Origin: Deinococcales bacterium
Lineage (GTDB): Bacteria > Deinococcota > Deinococci > Deinococcales > JAAFIG01
Length of the DNA stretch: 64,000 nt
Direction of reading: 5' to 3'
Assembly (NCBI GenBank): GCA_043778225.1
Contig: JAYWGM010000072.1
Location: forward strand, 1-64,000
A model generated the notes under the pieces. It made no database searches. It had not been told where the DNA came from and saw nothing but the letters and a program-made list of their open reading frames with translations. Both the position numbers and the translations under genes were made by a program. Positions 10,842 through 21,431 of this stretch are shown piece by piece (position 1 is the stretch's first letter; every line of letters begins with the position of its first letter).

Positions 10842-10922
10842 GGTTAAAAGGTTAAAAGGTTAAAGGGTTAAAAGTAGGAAACTTTTTACCTTTTTTACTT
10901 TTTACCCTTTCTCCTTTCTCCT
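10842..10922. repeat. Short 7-8-bp purine/pyrimidine tandem repeats forming an imperfect inverted repeat
   Basis: (aaaaggtt)n followed by (tttttacc)n; related tract at 36575-36612. Confidence 0.6.
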
Positions 10923-13900
10923 TTAAGTCGTCTGTGACCAATTTTTTAAGGTTTCGTAATCGCGTTGAGCATTGGCAAAAATTCGGCTCATGACCGCCAC
11001 GTCGTCTATTTGCACCGTAATAAAGTGCTTGGTGTCGTTTTCGCCAGCTAAAAACATGGTCAGAAGTGTTCCACCGGTTTGCTCGACCGTACAGATTCGG
11101 GCTGGGCGGCGCTCGAGTTCTTTGGCAAGTTCGCGTTGGTATTTATCCATCTCGAGCAGCAAGGTGGCAATTTTTTGCGGTTCATGAATACTACCAGCTT
11201 GGAGTTCGCCGTTGGCGGCAATCAAGGCGGCTTGGGCAACACCACGTTCTTTACTGACCTCGGCAATCCAGGCGGTCGCCAAGTTGGTGTTGGCACTCGA
11301 GGCGGCGCTGACCACAAGGGGGGGTCTTGGGGCTTCCACGGGGGTCAGTTTGGCTTCGGCAGCAGCTTGCTTCATGGCGCTCATGTCGCCACCAAAAATA
11401 CCGAGCAGGTCGTCTATTTGTCCGCTGTCGCGCAGGGCAGCCGCCACCGCGTTGGCAGCTTCGGCTTCTTGGCGTGCCAGTTGCAATAAGCGCTCGGCTT
11501 CCTCGAGGGTTCGCTCGAGCTTTAAGCGGGTTTCTGGCGCAAGGCGAGTTCCCGGTTCGGTGGCAAGCACAGTGCTGAGGCGCAGCAGTTGACGGATTGT
11601 TTCGCCGCCCATCTGACGGTACAGATTGACTTCACGCATGACCGTTTCTGCCCGAATTCGCCACGCATTGACCGCATTTTCTTCGCTGATGCGTAAACCC
11701 TCGAGTTCGTCCCAGAGTGGGGCTAAACTGGTCAACATCCCAGCTTCATGCCTACCTCGGGCTTCGGCAATTTGGGTTTGTAAGCTGACACTTTGCGGAT
11801 TGCCAGTAAATTCTTTGACTGCCCCTTCAAGGTCGGTCAGTTCGCGGCGTTGGGCTGCCAAACGGGCTTCGCGGTGCGCCCGCAGTTCGGCTTCTAAAAG
11901 GGCTAAATCTGGGAAATTGCCAACTTCTAATCCGTCTCGAGCCGTTAAAAGGGTATGCACCACTTCAAATGCCCCAAGTTCGTTGGCTCGGCGCTCGAGG
12001 TCGGTCATGCGCTGTGTAAAGACCTCACGGGCGCGTTTGCCAAGGCTTTCCAAACCGAGCTTAAAATTCTCGAGTAAACCCGTAATTGGCACACCTGTCT
12101 CGAGTTGCTTTGCCGATATGCCCAGTTGGGCTTCCAGCGAAGCATGGTCGGTTGCCAACTCTGGCAAATCTGGCAACGCCGCCAAAGATAAACGCATGGC
12201 ACGCAACATTCCGCCTTCCCTTGCCACCAAAGCACGGCGCTCAGCTTCTAGGCGCTCGGTTTCGCGTTTTTGGGTAGCCAGCCGCTCGGCTTCTAGGCGT
12301 TCAACTTCGCGCTGCAAGGCAGCTAGACGGTCACGCTCTAAGCGTTCCGCCTCGAGTTGCTGGGCTTGGGCGCGTTCCATGGCTTGCATTTTTTCTTGCT
12401 CTAAGCGCTGCAATTCTAAACGTTCAGCCGCCAAACGGGCTTCTTCGGCTTGGCGCTGTTGGGCTTCGAGTTGGCGTTGCTGTTCGGCAATTCGCTCGGC
12501 TTCGAGGCGCTGTTGTACTTGCCACGTCTCGAGTGCCGTTTCTAAATGCGCCATGTGTTCGGTCAGGGCTTTGGTGACATCTTCACGCGGTTGGCGCAGT
12601 TGAGTCGCCACCTCGAGTTCGGTTAAAAGCTGCGAAAGGGTAGAAGTCTGGGCTATGCCTAGTGGTTCAAAGGTGACCAATGCACCGCGCAATTCATCGA
12701 GTAAACTTGCCTGTCGTGCGATTAAACGCTCAATCCGCACCGCTTCTTCGGCTTTGGCTTGGCGCTGTTGCTCGAGTTGGCGCTCAAAGGAACGCAGCAA
12801 ATCTTCGATTTTTTTGAGTTCGTCGCCAGCTAAGGCATTACCGCTCAGCATTCCATTAGCAACCGAGGCGGTTACGGTCGCTTCGCTGGTGTCTATGCCT
12901 TCGCTGCTGTATTTGGTCAAGAGTTCGGTGTACTGGCTTAAATTTCTTTGTTGTTCTTGTAAAAGCAGCGTAAAATCTACCTCGAGTTCTGGGCGTAAAG
13001 CTCGAATTGTCTCGCTTTGCACTTGGCGTGCCAAATTTTGTTGCTTGAGGCTTAAAAACTGCTCCTTACGAAGTGGGTTTAAGTCTATTAAAGCCGTAAA
13101 CTCGAGACTTAGGGCTTCTAAAATTCGCGCATCTTCGGCAAGTTCGATGTCTTTGACCCGCTCGGATTGCTCTGGGGTCAATTCGAGTTCTGGGAAATCA
13201 AGGTCAATGTTTAGGCTTTCGTCTAAGCCTTCGACTTCAACCAAATCCGAGGGTGTGGTCATGGCTGGACTGTTGTCATCAATCACAATCGCATCATCAA
13301 AATCCACAGCTGGTAAATTAATTTGTGAAACGCTGGTTGGTACAATCGTTGGGGTTTTGACCGATGGTGGCACTTGGACGACACTTGATTCAATCAGTTT
13401 ACGCAACTCGAGTACCAATTTACGGGCGCGTTCAACTTCGGCAGATGCCAGTGTCTGGGTTTCTTGGGCTTCGGTAATCTGGGTCAATAAGCCTTCTAAG
13501 CGCTTGACCCTCGGTCCACCAACCGATTTGACCTTTTCAAAACCGCCCTGAAGCTCGGCAATTTCTTGGGCTTGACGCACCAATAAATCTTGTAATTTGC
13601 GCTCGAGCGCCCCAAGTTGGGCTTGGGCATCGCGCAGCAGTTCTGGGGCAGTGCGCGAGGCGGCTTGTTGTTCGCGGATGACATTGATTTGACTGCGAAA
13701 CTTGCTGACTTCTGCCCAGTCAAAATAAAGCGCAAAACGCTTTAAGCCTTGCTCGAGTGGCACAAGGGCTTCGGCTTGGCGGTCGAGGGCTGGGTCTTTG
13801 ACGGGTGGTGCTTCGCTGCCAAATTGCTTCTCGAGTTTTGAAAGTTCATCTAAAATTTTTTGCACCGCCGTTTTTGCACTGGCTGGCGGCAATGCCACTT

Positions 13901-14069
13901 GCAACTGCTTATAGACATTTGATTTCAGGACTTTTTCGATGTCCTTTGCCGAAACGGTATCCGAAGTTTTACCAAGCCGCGTTAAACCCTCGTCAAAACT
14001 GCCTTTGGTGGCTTTCAGGGTGCTTTCAGAGTCAAAGTATTTGCTGATTGCAGCGTATAAAGGGGTCAT
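10923..14069 (-). CDS. Large coiled-coil protein with C-terminal Roadblock/LC7-like domain
   Basis: Long E/Q/R/L/A heptad regions; C-terminal GVAQAALIAANGELQAG; N-terminus resembles that of 15859-17019. Confidence 0.7.
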   Translation of the reverse strand: MTPLYAAISKYFDSESTLKATKGSFDEGLTRLGKTSDTVSAKDIEKVLKSNVYKQLQVALPPASAKTAVQKILDELSKLEKQFGSEAPPVKDPALDRQAEALVPLEQGLKRFALYFDWAEVSKFRSQINVIREQQAASRTAPELLRDAQAQLGALERKLQDLLVRQAQEIAELQGGFEKVKSVGGPRVKRLEGLLTQITEAQETQTLASAEVERARKLVLELRKLIESSVVQVPPSVKTPTIVPTSVSQINLPAVDFDDAIVIDDNSPAMTTPSDLVEVEGLDESLNIDLDFPELELTPEQSERVKDIELAEDARILEALSLEFTALIDLNPLRKEQFLSLKQQNLARQVQSETIRALRPELEVDFTLLLQEQQRNLSQYTELLTKYSSEGIDTSEATVTASVANGMLSGNALAGDELKKIEDLLRSFERQLEQQRQAKAEEAVRIERLIARQASLLDELRGALVTFEPLGIAQTSTLSQLLTELEVATQLRQPREDVTKALTEHMAHLETALETWQVQQRLEAERIAEQQRQLEAQQRQAEEARLAAERLELQRLEQEKMQAMERAQAQQLEAERLERDRLAALQREVERLEAERLATQKRETERLEAERRALVAREGGMLRAMRLSLAALPDLPELATDHASLEAQLGISAKQLETGVPITGLLENFKLGLESLGKRAREVFTQRMTDLERRANELGAFEVVHTLLTARDGLEVGNFPDLALLEAELRAHREARLAAQRRELTDLEGAVKEFTGNPQSVSLQTQIAEARGRHEAGMLTSLAPLWDELEGLRISEENAVNAWRIRAETVMREVNLYRQMGGETIRQLLRLSTVLATEPGTRLAPETRLKLERTLEEAERLLQLARQEAEAANAVAAALRDSGQIDDLLGIFGGDMSAMKQAAAEAKLTPVEAPRPPLVVSAASSANTNLATAWIAEVSKERGVAQAALIAANGELQAGSIHEPQKIATLLLEMDKYQRELAKELERRPARICTVEQTGGTLLTMFLAGENDTKHFITVQIDDVAVMSRIFANAQRDYETLKNWSQTT

Positions 14070-15862
14070 TAGAATTCCTCATCCCATTCGACAATGGTAC
14101 GTCCAGCGCCACCGTTGGTTGGGTTGGTTGGGCTGGTGATTGGATTACTAGCAGAAGTGCTGCTGGCAACTTCGCCAGTCACTGGAGTACGGGTGCGAAT
14201 CAAACCAAACTGGGCAGCAATTCCACGAAAACCTGCCGTGGCGAAAATAACGGTTAAAAGTAAGGTCAAAGCCCATGTGATTTGTGCCAATGGATTTTGC
14301 AGAACCGAAAAAGAAGTCAAGCCATTAAAGAAATTTTCGATTGGTTCAGGTAACTCTGCCCCTTGGGCAATCAACGACCCCAACCATGCTATTCCCTCGA
14401 TAAGCGGCGGGATAAACAACAAAACCATGGCGATGCCGATGTAATTCCAATATGGATTACGTCCGCCAAAGGCTAAACGCAGCAAGTAAATCGGATAAAA
14501 AAACATCATTGCGACCAACAAGAAAACAATCCCACGCAAACCAAGGCTACCAAGCACCCCGCCACCCATCCACCATGGCTGAACCCTCGAGACAATGCCC
14601 TGCAAAGCCGAAGTCGGTTCGCCACGCGACCACTGACGAATCGCATCCACTTCGCCAAGTAGGGTCGTGACATCAATTGGTCGTAAACCATAGGCTGCCT
14701 CGGTGGCTTCAAATAAGGTGCTGGCTCGAGTTGCCAAGGGTTGGTCGGCGGCGGCGACGATTGGGCGGATGGCTTGATTAAAAACGGCTTTGGCGCTGCT
14801 GATGGCTTCACGCCCCGCATCAATTCGCGCATTCTGAATATCCGAAAGCGCCGTCGAGAGCTTTAAGCCAACCGTGTCTATGGCACTCGAGAAACTGCGG
14901 TAGCCCTGTTCGCTCAAATCGCGTGAGAACCGCTCGGCTTGGGCTTTGGAAAGACCGGCTTTACTCAGTTCAAGACTGATTTGACTGGCAGCCGCCGCCA
15001 CTGGCGCTGCCGCAACCACCACAGGTTTTGGCTTGACGACTGGCGTGGTGGCAACAGGTTTTGGTTTGACGACTGGCTTTGGTTTATTGATGGCTAGACG
15101 ACTTTCTTTAAGTAAGCCTCGAGCTTGCGAACCAAAACGGGTCACTTGCTGCAATAAACCATTGATGCCACTGCGATAGCCGCCGAGATCTCCGGTTGCT
15201 AGTAAACCCAGCACCTCAGAAAAACGGCTGACCGACAACGCCCCAACTCGGGGCGAATCTTGAACCACCAAAAAAGCACTGGCAGCCCGAACGGTACTCG
15301 AGAACGAAGCCACCTGATTTTTATTGCGGCTGGCATTCTGTAAACTGCGCTGCATCAGGTTGGCGACCCCAGTCTCGAGCAGCGCCCGCACACGATTAGA
15401 TTGTCCTTGGGCAACACTGGCTTTGAGTTCGATTTGCTGCACTACAGGCAACTCAAAAGCCCGCCCGAGTACCCCCGCATACTGGGTAGCCAGTGGGCGC
15501 TTTGCCGCTATTTCAAAGAATAATTCTTCGTACAAGGCTCGCTCGAGAATTCGCTGAATCTGAGAACTCTGGGCTTCAAGGTCGGTGCGGCTGCCTCGAG
15601 AAATGGCAGTGCGGGCTTGCTCAAAGGCTTTGTTACCACCCGGAATCAGTTTTTGCGCCCGAATTTCAGGGCTGATACGGCGATACGTGTCTCGGGCTGA
15701 CTCGAGTTGACTGACCGCCGCCCGCGGATTAGAACCAAGCAACGAAGCAGCCGAACGTAACCCCGTATTGATGGTGCGGTAGCCGCCCAGCAAATCTGCC
15801 GCCAAAGCAGCACTCAGGCTACTGACTGCGATTACAAAAACCCATATGATCAACCTTGTCAT
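14069..15862 (-). CDS. Hypothetical exported/membrane protein
   Basis: Signal peptide, KPKPV linker, C-terminal TM helices; translationally coupled to neighbours. Confidence 0.75.
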   Translation of the reverse strand: MTRLIIWVFVIAVSSLSAALAADLLGGYRTINTGLRSAASLLGSNPRAAVSQLESARDTYRRISPEIRAQKLIPGGNKAFEQARTAISRGSRTDLEAQSSQIQRILERALYEELFFEIAAKRPLATQYAGVLGRAFELPVVQQIELKASVAQGQSNRVRALLETGVANLMQRSLQNASRNKNQVASFSSTVRAASAFLVVQDSPRVGALSVSRFSEVLGLLATGDLGGYRSGINGLLQQVTRFGSQARGLLKESRLAINKPKPVVKPKPVATTPVVKPKPVVVAAAPVAAAASQISLELSKAGLSKAQAERFSRDLSEQGYRSFSSAIDTVGLKLSTALSDIQNARIDAGREAISSAKAVFNQAIRPIVAAADQPLATRASTLFEATEAAYGLRPIDVTTLLGEVDAIRQWSRGEPTSALQGIVSRVQPWWMGGGVLGSLGLRGIVFLLVAMMFFYPIYLLRLAFGGRNPYWNYIGIAMVLLFIPPLIEGIAWLGSLIAQGAELPEPIENFFNGLTSFSVLQNPLAQITWALTLLLTVIFATAGFRGIAAQFGLIRTRTPVTGEVASSTSASNPITSPTNPTNGGAGRTIVEWDEEF

Positions 15863-17019
15863 GCTGTCTCCTTCAATGATTCTAACTCAGTAAAGACCCG
15901 TCCGACGTTGACGCCCGCGTCGGCAAGTACCGTTAGGAGTTGCTCTCCGAGTGGCGCGATAAAAGCACTGACACTTTCGAGGTGGGTATAAAAAACCCGA
16001 AAATGACGGCGCTTGGCTAATAACATTGTTGTGGCTGCCACCACGCCAGCCAAATGACTGGCACTGCCACTCGACAAGCGCGAGGCAATCACATCGCCGT
16101 TGCGTTTGGAGAGCAACACACCCGTCACCCCTTCCTCGAGGGCAAAACGGGTCAGCAGCGCCTCTTGTGCTGCTGGGGTTTCAAAAAGTGCCAAAATAGG
16201 TTTGGTTGGTTTGGCTGATGGTGGTACGGTCAGCCCAGCCGCAGGTGGTACGGTCAGCCCAGCCGCAGGTGGTACGGTCAGTGGTTGTATTGGTATCTGC
16301 CCCAAAGCCTCAAAGTCAAACTCGAGCGGGGCGATTGGCGAGGTATCAAGTATTTTGACCGAGACTGGAATCACTGGGGCGATTTCGTCAATGATCGTCA
16401 GGTTCAAATCTTGGTCAATTCGTGACACAGCGCTTGTCCCCGGACGACCCAAGGCTGGAACTTCGGCTGGACCCGCCAAATGCTCGAGTTCAAAATTAAG
16501 TACCGAAAACTCGCCGCTTTCTAAAAGTAAATCGCCTTGGTAACGCGGCTCAGATTCAAGCATCGCTGAATTTGGCGATAACTCGAGTTGCAATAAATCC
16601 AACTCTGCCCATAAGTCGTTGAGAATCCGTACTGGGTCGTTACTTTGTGGCAATTGGGCAATGCTTTTCTGGAGGCGCTGCGCCCGAGGTGAACGCTGGT
16701 CAGTGACTCGAGCAAATTCCCCACGCAGCGCAATCCAACCTTCTTCAACTTCTGGTGAAAACGTCTGAGCCGCCAAAAACTGCGCCTCGAGCGCATTGAG
16801 AATCTGGCGGATTTCGCCTTTGGCTTGGGCGACTGGAATAATTTGTTGCAAGCGAGCAAAAACCACACTTTTTAACAAGGCTTGCATTTGCTCAGGGCGC
16901 ACTGTCTGCGGTGAGAGTTTGGCACCACGCAAGGCATCACTGACGATGTTCTCCGCCGCCCGATGCGAGACAAGGCGCGATAGGGCATCGCAAACAATGT
17001 TATAAACCTCATTAGCCAT
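15859..17019 (-). CDS. Roadblock/LC7 domain protein
   Basis: C-terminal GVTGVLLSKRNGDVIAS...LLTVLADAGVNVGRVF. Confidence 0.75.
   Translation of the reverse strand: MANEVYNIVCDALSRLVSHRAAENIVSDALRGAKLSPQTVRPEQMQALLKSVVFARLQQIIPVAQAKGEIRQILNALEAQFLAAQTFSPEVEEGWIALRGEFARVTDQRSPRAQRLQKSIAQLPQSNDPVRILNDLWAELDLLQLELSPNSAMLESEPRYQGDLLLESGEFSVLNFELEHLAGPAEVPALGRPGTSAVSRIDQDLNLTIIDEIAPVIPVSVKILDTSPIAPLEFDFEALGQIPIQPLTVPPAAGLTVPPAAGLTVPPSAKPTKPILALFETPAAQEALLTRFALEEGVTGVLLSKRNGDVIASRLSSGSASHLAGVVAATTMLLAKRRHFRVFYTHLESVSAFIAPLGEQLLTVLADAGVNVGRVFTELESLKETA
16219..16281. repeat. In-frame 24-bp tandem repeat (LTVPPAAG)
   Basis: ggtggtacggtcagcccagccgca x~2.6. Confidence 0.85.
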
Positions 17020-17081
17020 CCGAAGCTCGCATTGACCTACAGTAGCATTGCATCACGGCTTTAGGCAATGAAGTACGCACC

Positions 17082-17501
17082 TTAACTGCTTTGCTCGAGC
17101 AAGCGTTCTAACATCTCGAGCAATTGACTTGGGCGGTAAGGCTTGGTTAAAAAGTTTAAGTTGCGCCGATTTTTACGCCGGTCTTTTAAGCCATGTGGCG
17201 TGGTGATTAAAATGAGGTGAACACCACGGCTTAGCTGTCCCCTAAACAAACGCGAAGCCACTTCAAAACCATCCATGTCGGGCAGCATCACATCTATCAC
17301 AACAGCAAATGGCGGGGTCTCGAGACTCCAAGCTAAACTGATTCCACCCACACCACTGCTGGCAAACTCGACCCGATAACCACGCTGCACCATGACGGTC
17401 GCAAGGCTGGCACGGACACTCGAGTCATCATCAATCAACAAGACCAATGGGGCTTCTGGCGGGGCAGTCAAAGAACGTATGGCAAGTTGAGACGTTTGCA
17501 T
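17082..17501 (-). CDS. Single-domain response regulator
   Basis: LLIDDD, IDVMLPDMDGFEV, FLTKPY. Confidence 0.88.
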   Translation of the reverse strand: MQTSQLAIRSLTAPPEAPLVLLIDDDSSVRASLATVMVQRGYRVEFASSGVGGISLAWSLETPPFAVVIDVMLPDMDGFEVASRLFRGQLSRGVHLILITTPHGLKDRRKNRRNLNFLTKPYRPSQLLEMLERLLEQSS

Positions 17502-17563
17502 GGCGTAAGCAATAGATTACTGGAAAAAGTTTGAGGATGCTGTGCATTTTCCACATCGCTAAA

Positions 17564-17690
17564 GCAGGCATGGATTATGTCAAGTACCACAGGCATGGAT
17601 TATGGCAAGTACCGCAGGCATGGATTATGGCAAGTAGCGCAGGCATGGATTATGGCAAGTAGCGCAGGCATGGATTATGGCAAGTAGCGC
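17564..17690. repeat. 25-bp tandem array x5 overlapping stop codon of M23 gene
   Basis: Unit gcaggcatggattatggcaagtagc. Confidence 0.92.
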
Positions 17691-18958
17691 AATGGATTGA
17701 CTGGCGAACCATTGACCCTGATTTCAAAATGCAGATGTGGACCGGTACAAATTCCACTGCATCCCTCCCAGCCAATCAGTTGCCCACGCTCGACATACTG
17801 CCCACCATAAACCGCCGTGCGGCTCAGGTGTCCATAGATATTTTGCACCCCGCCACCGGTGTTAATCCAAACATTCAAACCAAAATACCCATAACCAGAC
17901 TGTTGCACCATTCCACCCTTGGCAGCATAAATTGGTGTGCCATAGGGAGCAGCAATGTCTAAACCAGTATGAAAATTACTGCTACCAATCCAAAAGCCAC
18001 GACGACCATAACTGCTGGTAATCACACCACGCATGGGCCAGATATAGCCCCCACGAAAACTTGGATAAGTAAACGAAGCCGTTGCCCGACGCACCTGCGA
18101 AGTGCTGGCTTGCTGAGCGGTACGCAACCGCGCCCGCGCTGCATTGCTAGCAGCCTGAGCCAAAACTCGAGCCTTGGCGCGGCTCTTGGCTTGCACTGCT
18201 AATTCGGCTCGAGCCGAGGCAATCCGCTCTTTTGCCAGTTCAAAACGCGCCTGAATCCGTACCGCTTCTTCGGCATCGCGGCGTTGCTCAAGGCGCTCGA
18301 GGGTAGAATCAGCATTGACCTCTGGCAGCACCACATAATCGCCAGTCTGTAAGGCGCTTAAATTTCCAGCATTGTTGGCACGGATTAAATCATCTATTTC
18401 GACCCCATGATTGGCTGATACGTCCATCAAATCCTGATTGGCTTTAAGAACCACATACGCCCCTTGGCTGTACCCCGGTACAATTAGGCGCTCACCGAGC
18501 CGAATCTGGTCGAGGCTGCGTAAGGCTGGATTGGCATTGACCAAATCCATTTGCGTAAAGTCAAACCGAGACTGAATCGTGGATAAAGTATCGCCGCGTT
18601 TGACCGTATACCAAAACGCGCCTGGAGGTAAGCGGGCTTCTCGAGTTGGCTCGAGGTCGGTTTTTTGCAGTGGCACTTTGAGAATTTCGCCAGGGCGAAT
18701 GCTGTTTTTGGTGATTCCAGTCGCAACCTTAATGGCTCGAGGTGTGACCCCAAAGCGGTTGGCAATACCACCGATGCTGTCGCCACGGCGCACCCGCAGA
18801 TAAATCACAATGCTCGAGGCTTGGGGACGATTTGCTTTCAGACGCACCGTTGTGGCTGGCGCGTGCAAACTAATCAACTCGAGCGGCGAGCGCGTTGCCA
18901 CCGCCGAGGCAGAAAAAAGCCCGAGCAGCAGCACCAACAAAAATTGAAGTGGTTTCAC
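17675..18958 (-). CDS. LysM + M23 family peptidase
   Basis: LysM repeats (VRRGDSI, YTVKRGDTL); HTGLD, YGHL, GPHLHFE. Confidence 0.92.
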   Translation of the reverse strand: MKPLQFLLVLLLGLFSASAVATRSPLELISLHAPATTVRLKANRPQASSIVIYLRVRRGDSIGGIANRFGVTPRAIKVATGITKNSIRPGEILKVPLQKTDLEPTREARLPPGAFWYTVKRGDTLSTIQSRFDFTQMDLVNANPALRSLDQIRLGERLIVPGYSQGAYVVLKANQDLMDVSANHGVEIDDLIRANNAGNLSALQTGDYVVLPEVNADSTLERLEQRRDAEEAVRIQARFELAKERIASARAELAVQAKSRAKARVLAQAASNAARARLRTAQQASTSQVRRATASFTYPSFRGGYIWPMRGVITSSYGRRGFWIGSSNFHTGLDIAAPYGTPIYAAKGGMVQQSGYGYFGLNVWINTGGGVQNIYGHLSRTAVYGGQYVERGQLIGWEGCSGICTGPHLHFEIRVNGSPVNPLRYLP

Positions 18959-19247
18959 AACGCTGTTGAGTCTACACCTGAGCGCTACCTGATGAAAAGG
19001 GGGTTTGTGAACATAATCGCAAAGTCTCGAGATAAATTGCTGATTAAGTACAACCCCGAAATGTTTTAGAGTTCTTTGCTAAAACATTTCCGACCAATGG
19101 GAGTAGGGACAGCGTATCTGCCGCCGTAATGACAGAATTGCCGCTTTTTGAAAATTCTAAAATGTAGGCGGGAGATACTTAGTAGCTAGCGTAATCGCTT
19201 CACTTCAAAACACTTCTCCGAGCAATACCAAACTATCTCGTCCTACA

Positions 19248-19272
19248 GGGCGAACACAAGATTCGCCCCTAC
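19248..19272 (-). repeat. GTAG-type REP palindrome
   Basis: gggcgaa-cacaaga-ttcgccc-ctac. Confidence 0.7.
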
Positions 19273-19351
19273 GAAACCCAAATGCGTCACTGACGCGAAA
19301 ACTTAAAAACTTACCAAAACTATTGGGTGACAAGTTCTTACCTCTTTATGA

Positions 19352-20524
19352 TCAAAATAGGCGGTGGGCAAACCAATTTGCCACAAACGACTCATGCAAT
19401 GACCAATGGCGACTCGCTACGTGTCTGTCGTGCGCGAAGACCAGACGATCTTGCTTGACACCATTTTGTCCAAGGAACTCGAGGTCAGTGATTGGCACAA
19501 GTTCATCCAATTCTCCGTTGAGGCTTAACAGTGGCGCGTGCTGTGTTGTTGGCAGTAAGCCCTGTGCAACCAAGGATAGTGCTGAAAGTCGAGTCTGGAA
19601 TTCTTGTGGTTCGGCTCGAGGCTCTAAACCCATCACCCTCGAGAGCGCAATTCTCGCACCCATTGGCAAGGTCTGCGCCCACGCTGGTTGGAAGGCATGA
19701 TGCACAGGTCCGGCGTTGTTGACCACGCCCAAAAGTTCTGGTCGGAGCAATGCCAGCTTGAGCGCCCAATGACCGCCAAAACTTAGCCCATAACACCCCA
19801 TCCGTGTACCATTGATGTCTTTATGTTGACCAACAGCAGCCAAGACCGCCAGCAGTACCCGTTCAGCATCGGCAGAGACTGGAAAGGGGTTCTCGCCAGT
19901 GCCGGGCATATCCACGGTCAGTACAGCGATACCCTTTTTTAGCAGTGCCTCGCTCTGGGCATGAATCTCGAGGTCACTTTTCCAAACATCAATACCACCC
20001 CAGATGGCAACGACTGGAAAGCCTGTCTGCGACTGACCTATTGGCAGGCGCAGATAAGCGGTCAGCGTTGCCCCCTCAAAGGGAATCTTTAGCACCTCGA
20101 GTGGGCAGGAAAAATGCCGAGCAGCTTTGAGGTACGCCTGAATGTGGCAACGGTACGCCTGTGCGCCGTCGGGATTGATGATATGCGGGAAACGAGCAAA
20201 GAAATACCAGAACGAGGCAAGCAAGAATTCGCGTTCTGCCTCCGACCCATCCCCTCGAGCCTCAGCCTCTTCACCAAGCGCCATGGCTGCGTCACCGTGG
20301 CGCATCAGGCTTATCGCCCAACCTGGCGTAGCTGGTCCCAAAAGCGCCCCTGCCTGTTGCACCGCCTGAACAAGTTGATCGCCATTGATGCCAAAATCGG
20401 CGAAACCGGGCAGGCGGGCAGCAATCTCGGCGGGAACACCCTCAATGCTGAGGTAACTGTTCGGCGCGGCGGAATACTCAGCAAAGGTCGTTGCGATAGG
20501 TCGTTGTGTCATCAATTGCGTCAT
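19352..20524 (-). CDS. Alpha/beta hydrolase (FrsA-like esterase family)
   Basis: FARFPH, GGIDVWK, VDMPGTGE, GLSFGG nucleophile elbow, Asp/His near C-terminus. Confidence 0.85.
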   Translation of the reverse strand: MTQLMTQRPIATTFAEYSAAPNSYLSIEGVPAEIAARLPGFADFGINGDQLVQAVQQAGALLGPATPGWAISLMRHGDAAMALGEEAEARGDGSEAEREFLLASFWYFFARFPHIINPDGAQAYRCHIQAYLKAARHFSCPLEVLKIPFEGATLTAYLRLPIGQSQTGFPVVAIWGGIDVWKSDLEIHAQSEALLKKGIAVLTVDMPGTGENPFPVSADAERVLLAVLAAVGQHKDINGTRMGCYGLSFGGHWALKLALLRPELLGVVNNAGPVHHAFQPAWAQTLPMGARIALSRVMGLEPRAEPQEFQTRLSALSLVAQGLLPTTQHAPLLSLNGELDELVPITDLEFLGQNGVKQDRLVFAHDRHVASRHWSLHESFVANWFAHRLF

Positions 20525-20671
20525 GATTAAGCTCCTTAGGGTTCGCCTCGGGTCAAGAAATTACCAGTAAAGCTGACCGGTGAATTCCTTATCTTTGGCA
20601 ACAGCAGATTAGTCGCAACGCCAGACCATCCGCATTGATGTAGGTCAATGCAGAGTTGTCGGCATTTAAGC

Positions 20672-21256
20672 CTAAAGATTGCGCCTGAGTCTCGAGAGGG
20701 CTTCAGGCGTGATTCCAAGGTATGAGGCAACATAGTGTTGAGGCACGCGCTCGACAACCTCGGGAAACTCATGTAAAAAGCACCGATAACGCTCTAGCGC
20801 ACTGTCACGCAAAAAAGTAATCTCGCGCTGTTCCTTGCGGATGTACATACCCTGCGCCATACGCCGCGCCCAAGTCTGCCAGAGCAGCGAACCGTCCCAT
20901 AATCCTTGCAGGTAATCACTTGACCAGCACGAAGCCTGAGTGTCCTCGAGTGCCTCAATGCTAATCTGTGAAGGTAACTTGGTCATCAGGCTGGTAAAAG
21001 CTGTACAGAAGGGATTAGAAGTGTCCACAGCAAAGTCTTTGGTGTGTTCGTTGTCTTGGGTCAGGAATGCGTACCTTAAAAGACCCCGATGAATAAACAA
21101 TAGCTGCTCACAGACCTCCCCCTGACGAATAAACTCTTGATGTTTAGAAAAGTGTTTAGGGATAGCAGATTCGCAAAAAGCCGCAATTTCATCGTTGGGA
21201 ATAGGAGCAACACGCTGGATAAAACGTGTAACCTCCTCGATTTCATGGGTGTGCAT
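20672..21256 (-). CDS. Crp/Fnr family transcriptional regulator
   Basis: cNMP-binding domain; ERY..F, VASYLGITPEALSRLR HTH. Confidence 0.9.
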   Translation of the reverse strand: MHTHEIEEVTRFIQRVAPIPNDEIAAFCESAIPKHFSKHQEFIRQGEVCEQLLFIHRGLLRYAFLTQDNEHTKDFAVDTSNPFCTAFTSLMTKLPSQISIEALEDTQASCWSSDYLQGLWDGSLLWQTWARRMAQGMYIRKEQREITFLRDSALERYRCFLHEFPEVVERVPQHYVASYLGITPEALSRLRRNL

Positions 21257-21313
21257 GGTCAGCAGAGTCTACACAATACTGACTTGGGTTTGGCACGCTC
21301 GAGGAAGAGTTAA

Positions 21314-21375
21314 GCATTGGGATTTTTCAATACTCGAGCCTAAATAAAAGTTTGTTGGGCTTTTGCGAGAAACCA
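21314..21375. repeat. ~60-bp imperfect direct repeat, copy 1 (copy 2 at 22233-22295)
   Basis: gcatt..ggatttttcaatactcgag..aataaaagtttgttgggcttttgc matches 22233-22295. Confidence 0.7.
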
Positions 21376-21431
21376 CTTAAACAACCAGAAACAGTCAAAA
21401 CCGTTTCTGGTTCTTGTGAGCAGTTTTTAGC

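Noticed and set aside
11626..13551. Long + strand ORFs of 325 and 298 aa
   Set aside because: Antisense shadows of the coiled-coil gene; Ser/Arg-rich with no motifs.
17564..17690. CRISPR-like appearance of the short arrays (also 38118, 47228, 60467)
   Set aside because: Units are contiguous tandem copies with no unique spacers, and there are no cas genes in the window.
19056..19246. Possible riboswitch upstream of the M23 gene
   Set aside because: Only a simple hairpin and degenerate REP-like sequence; no aptamer consensus recognised.
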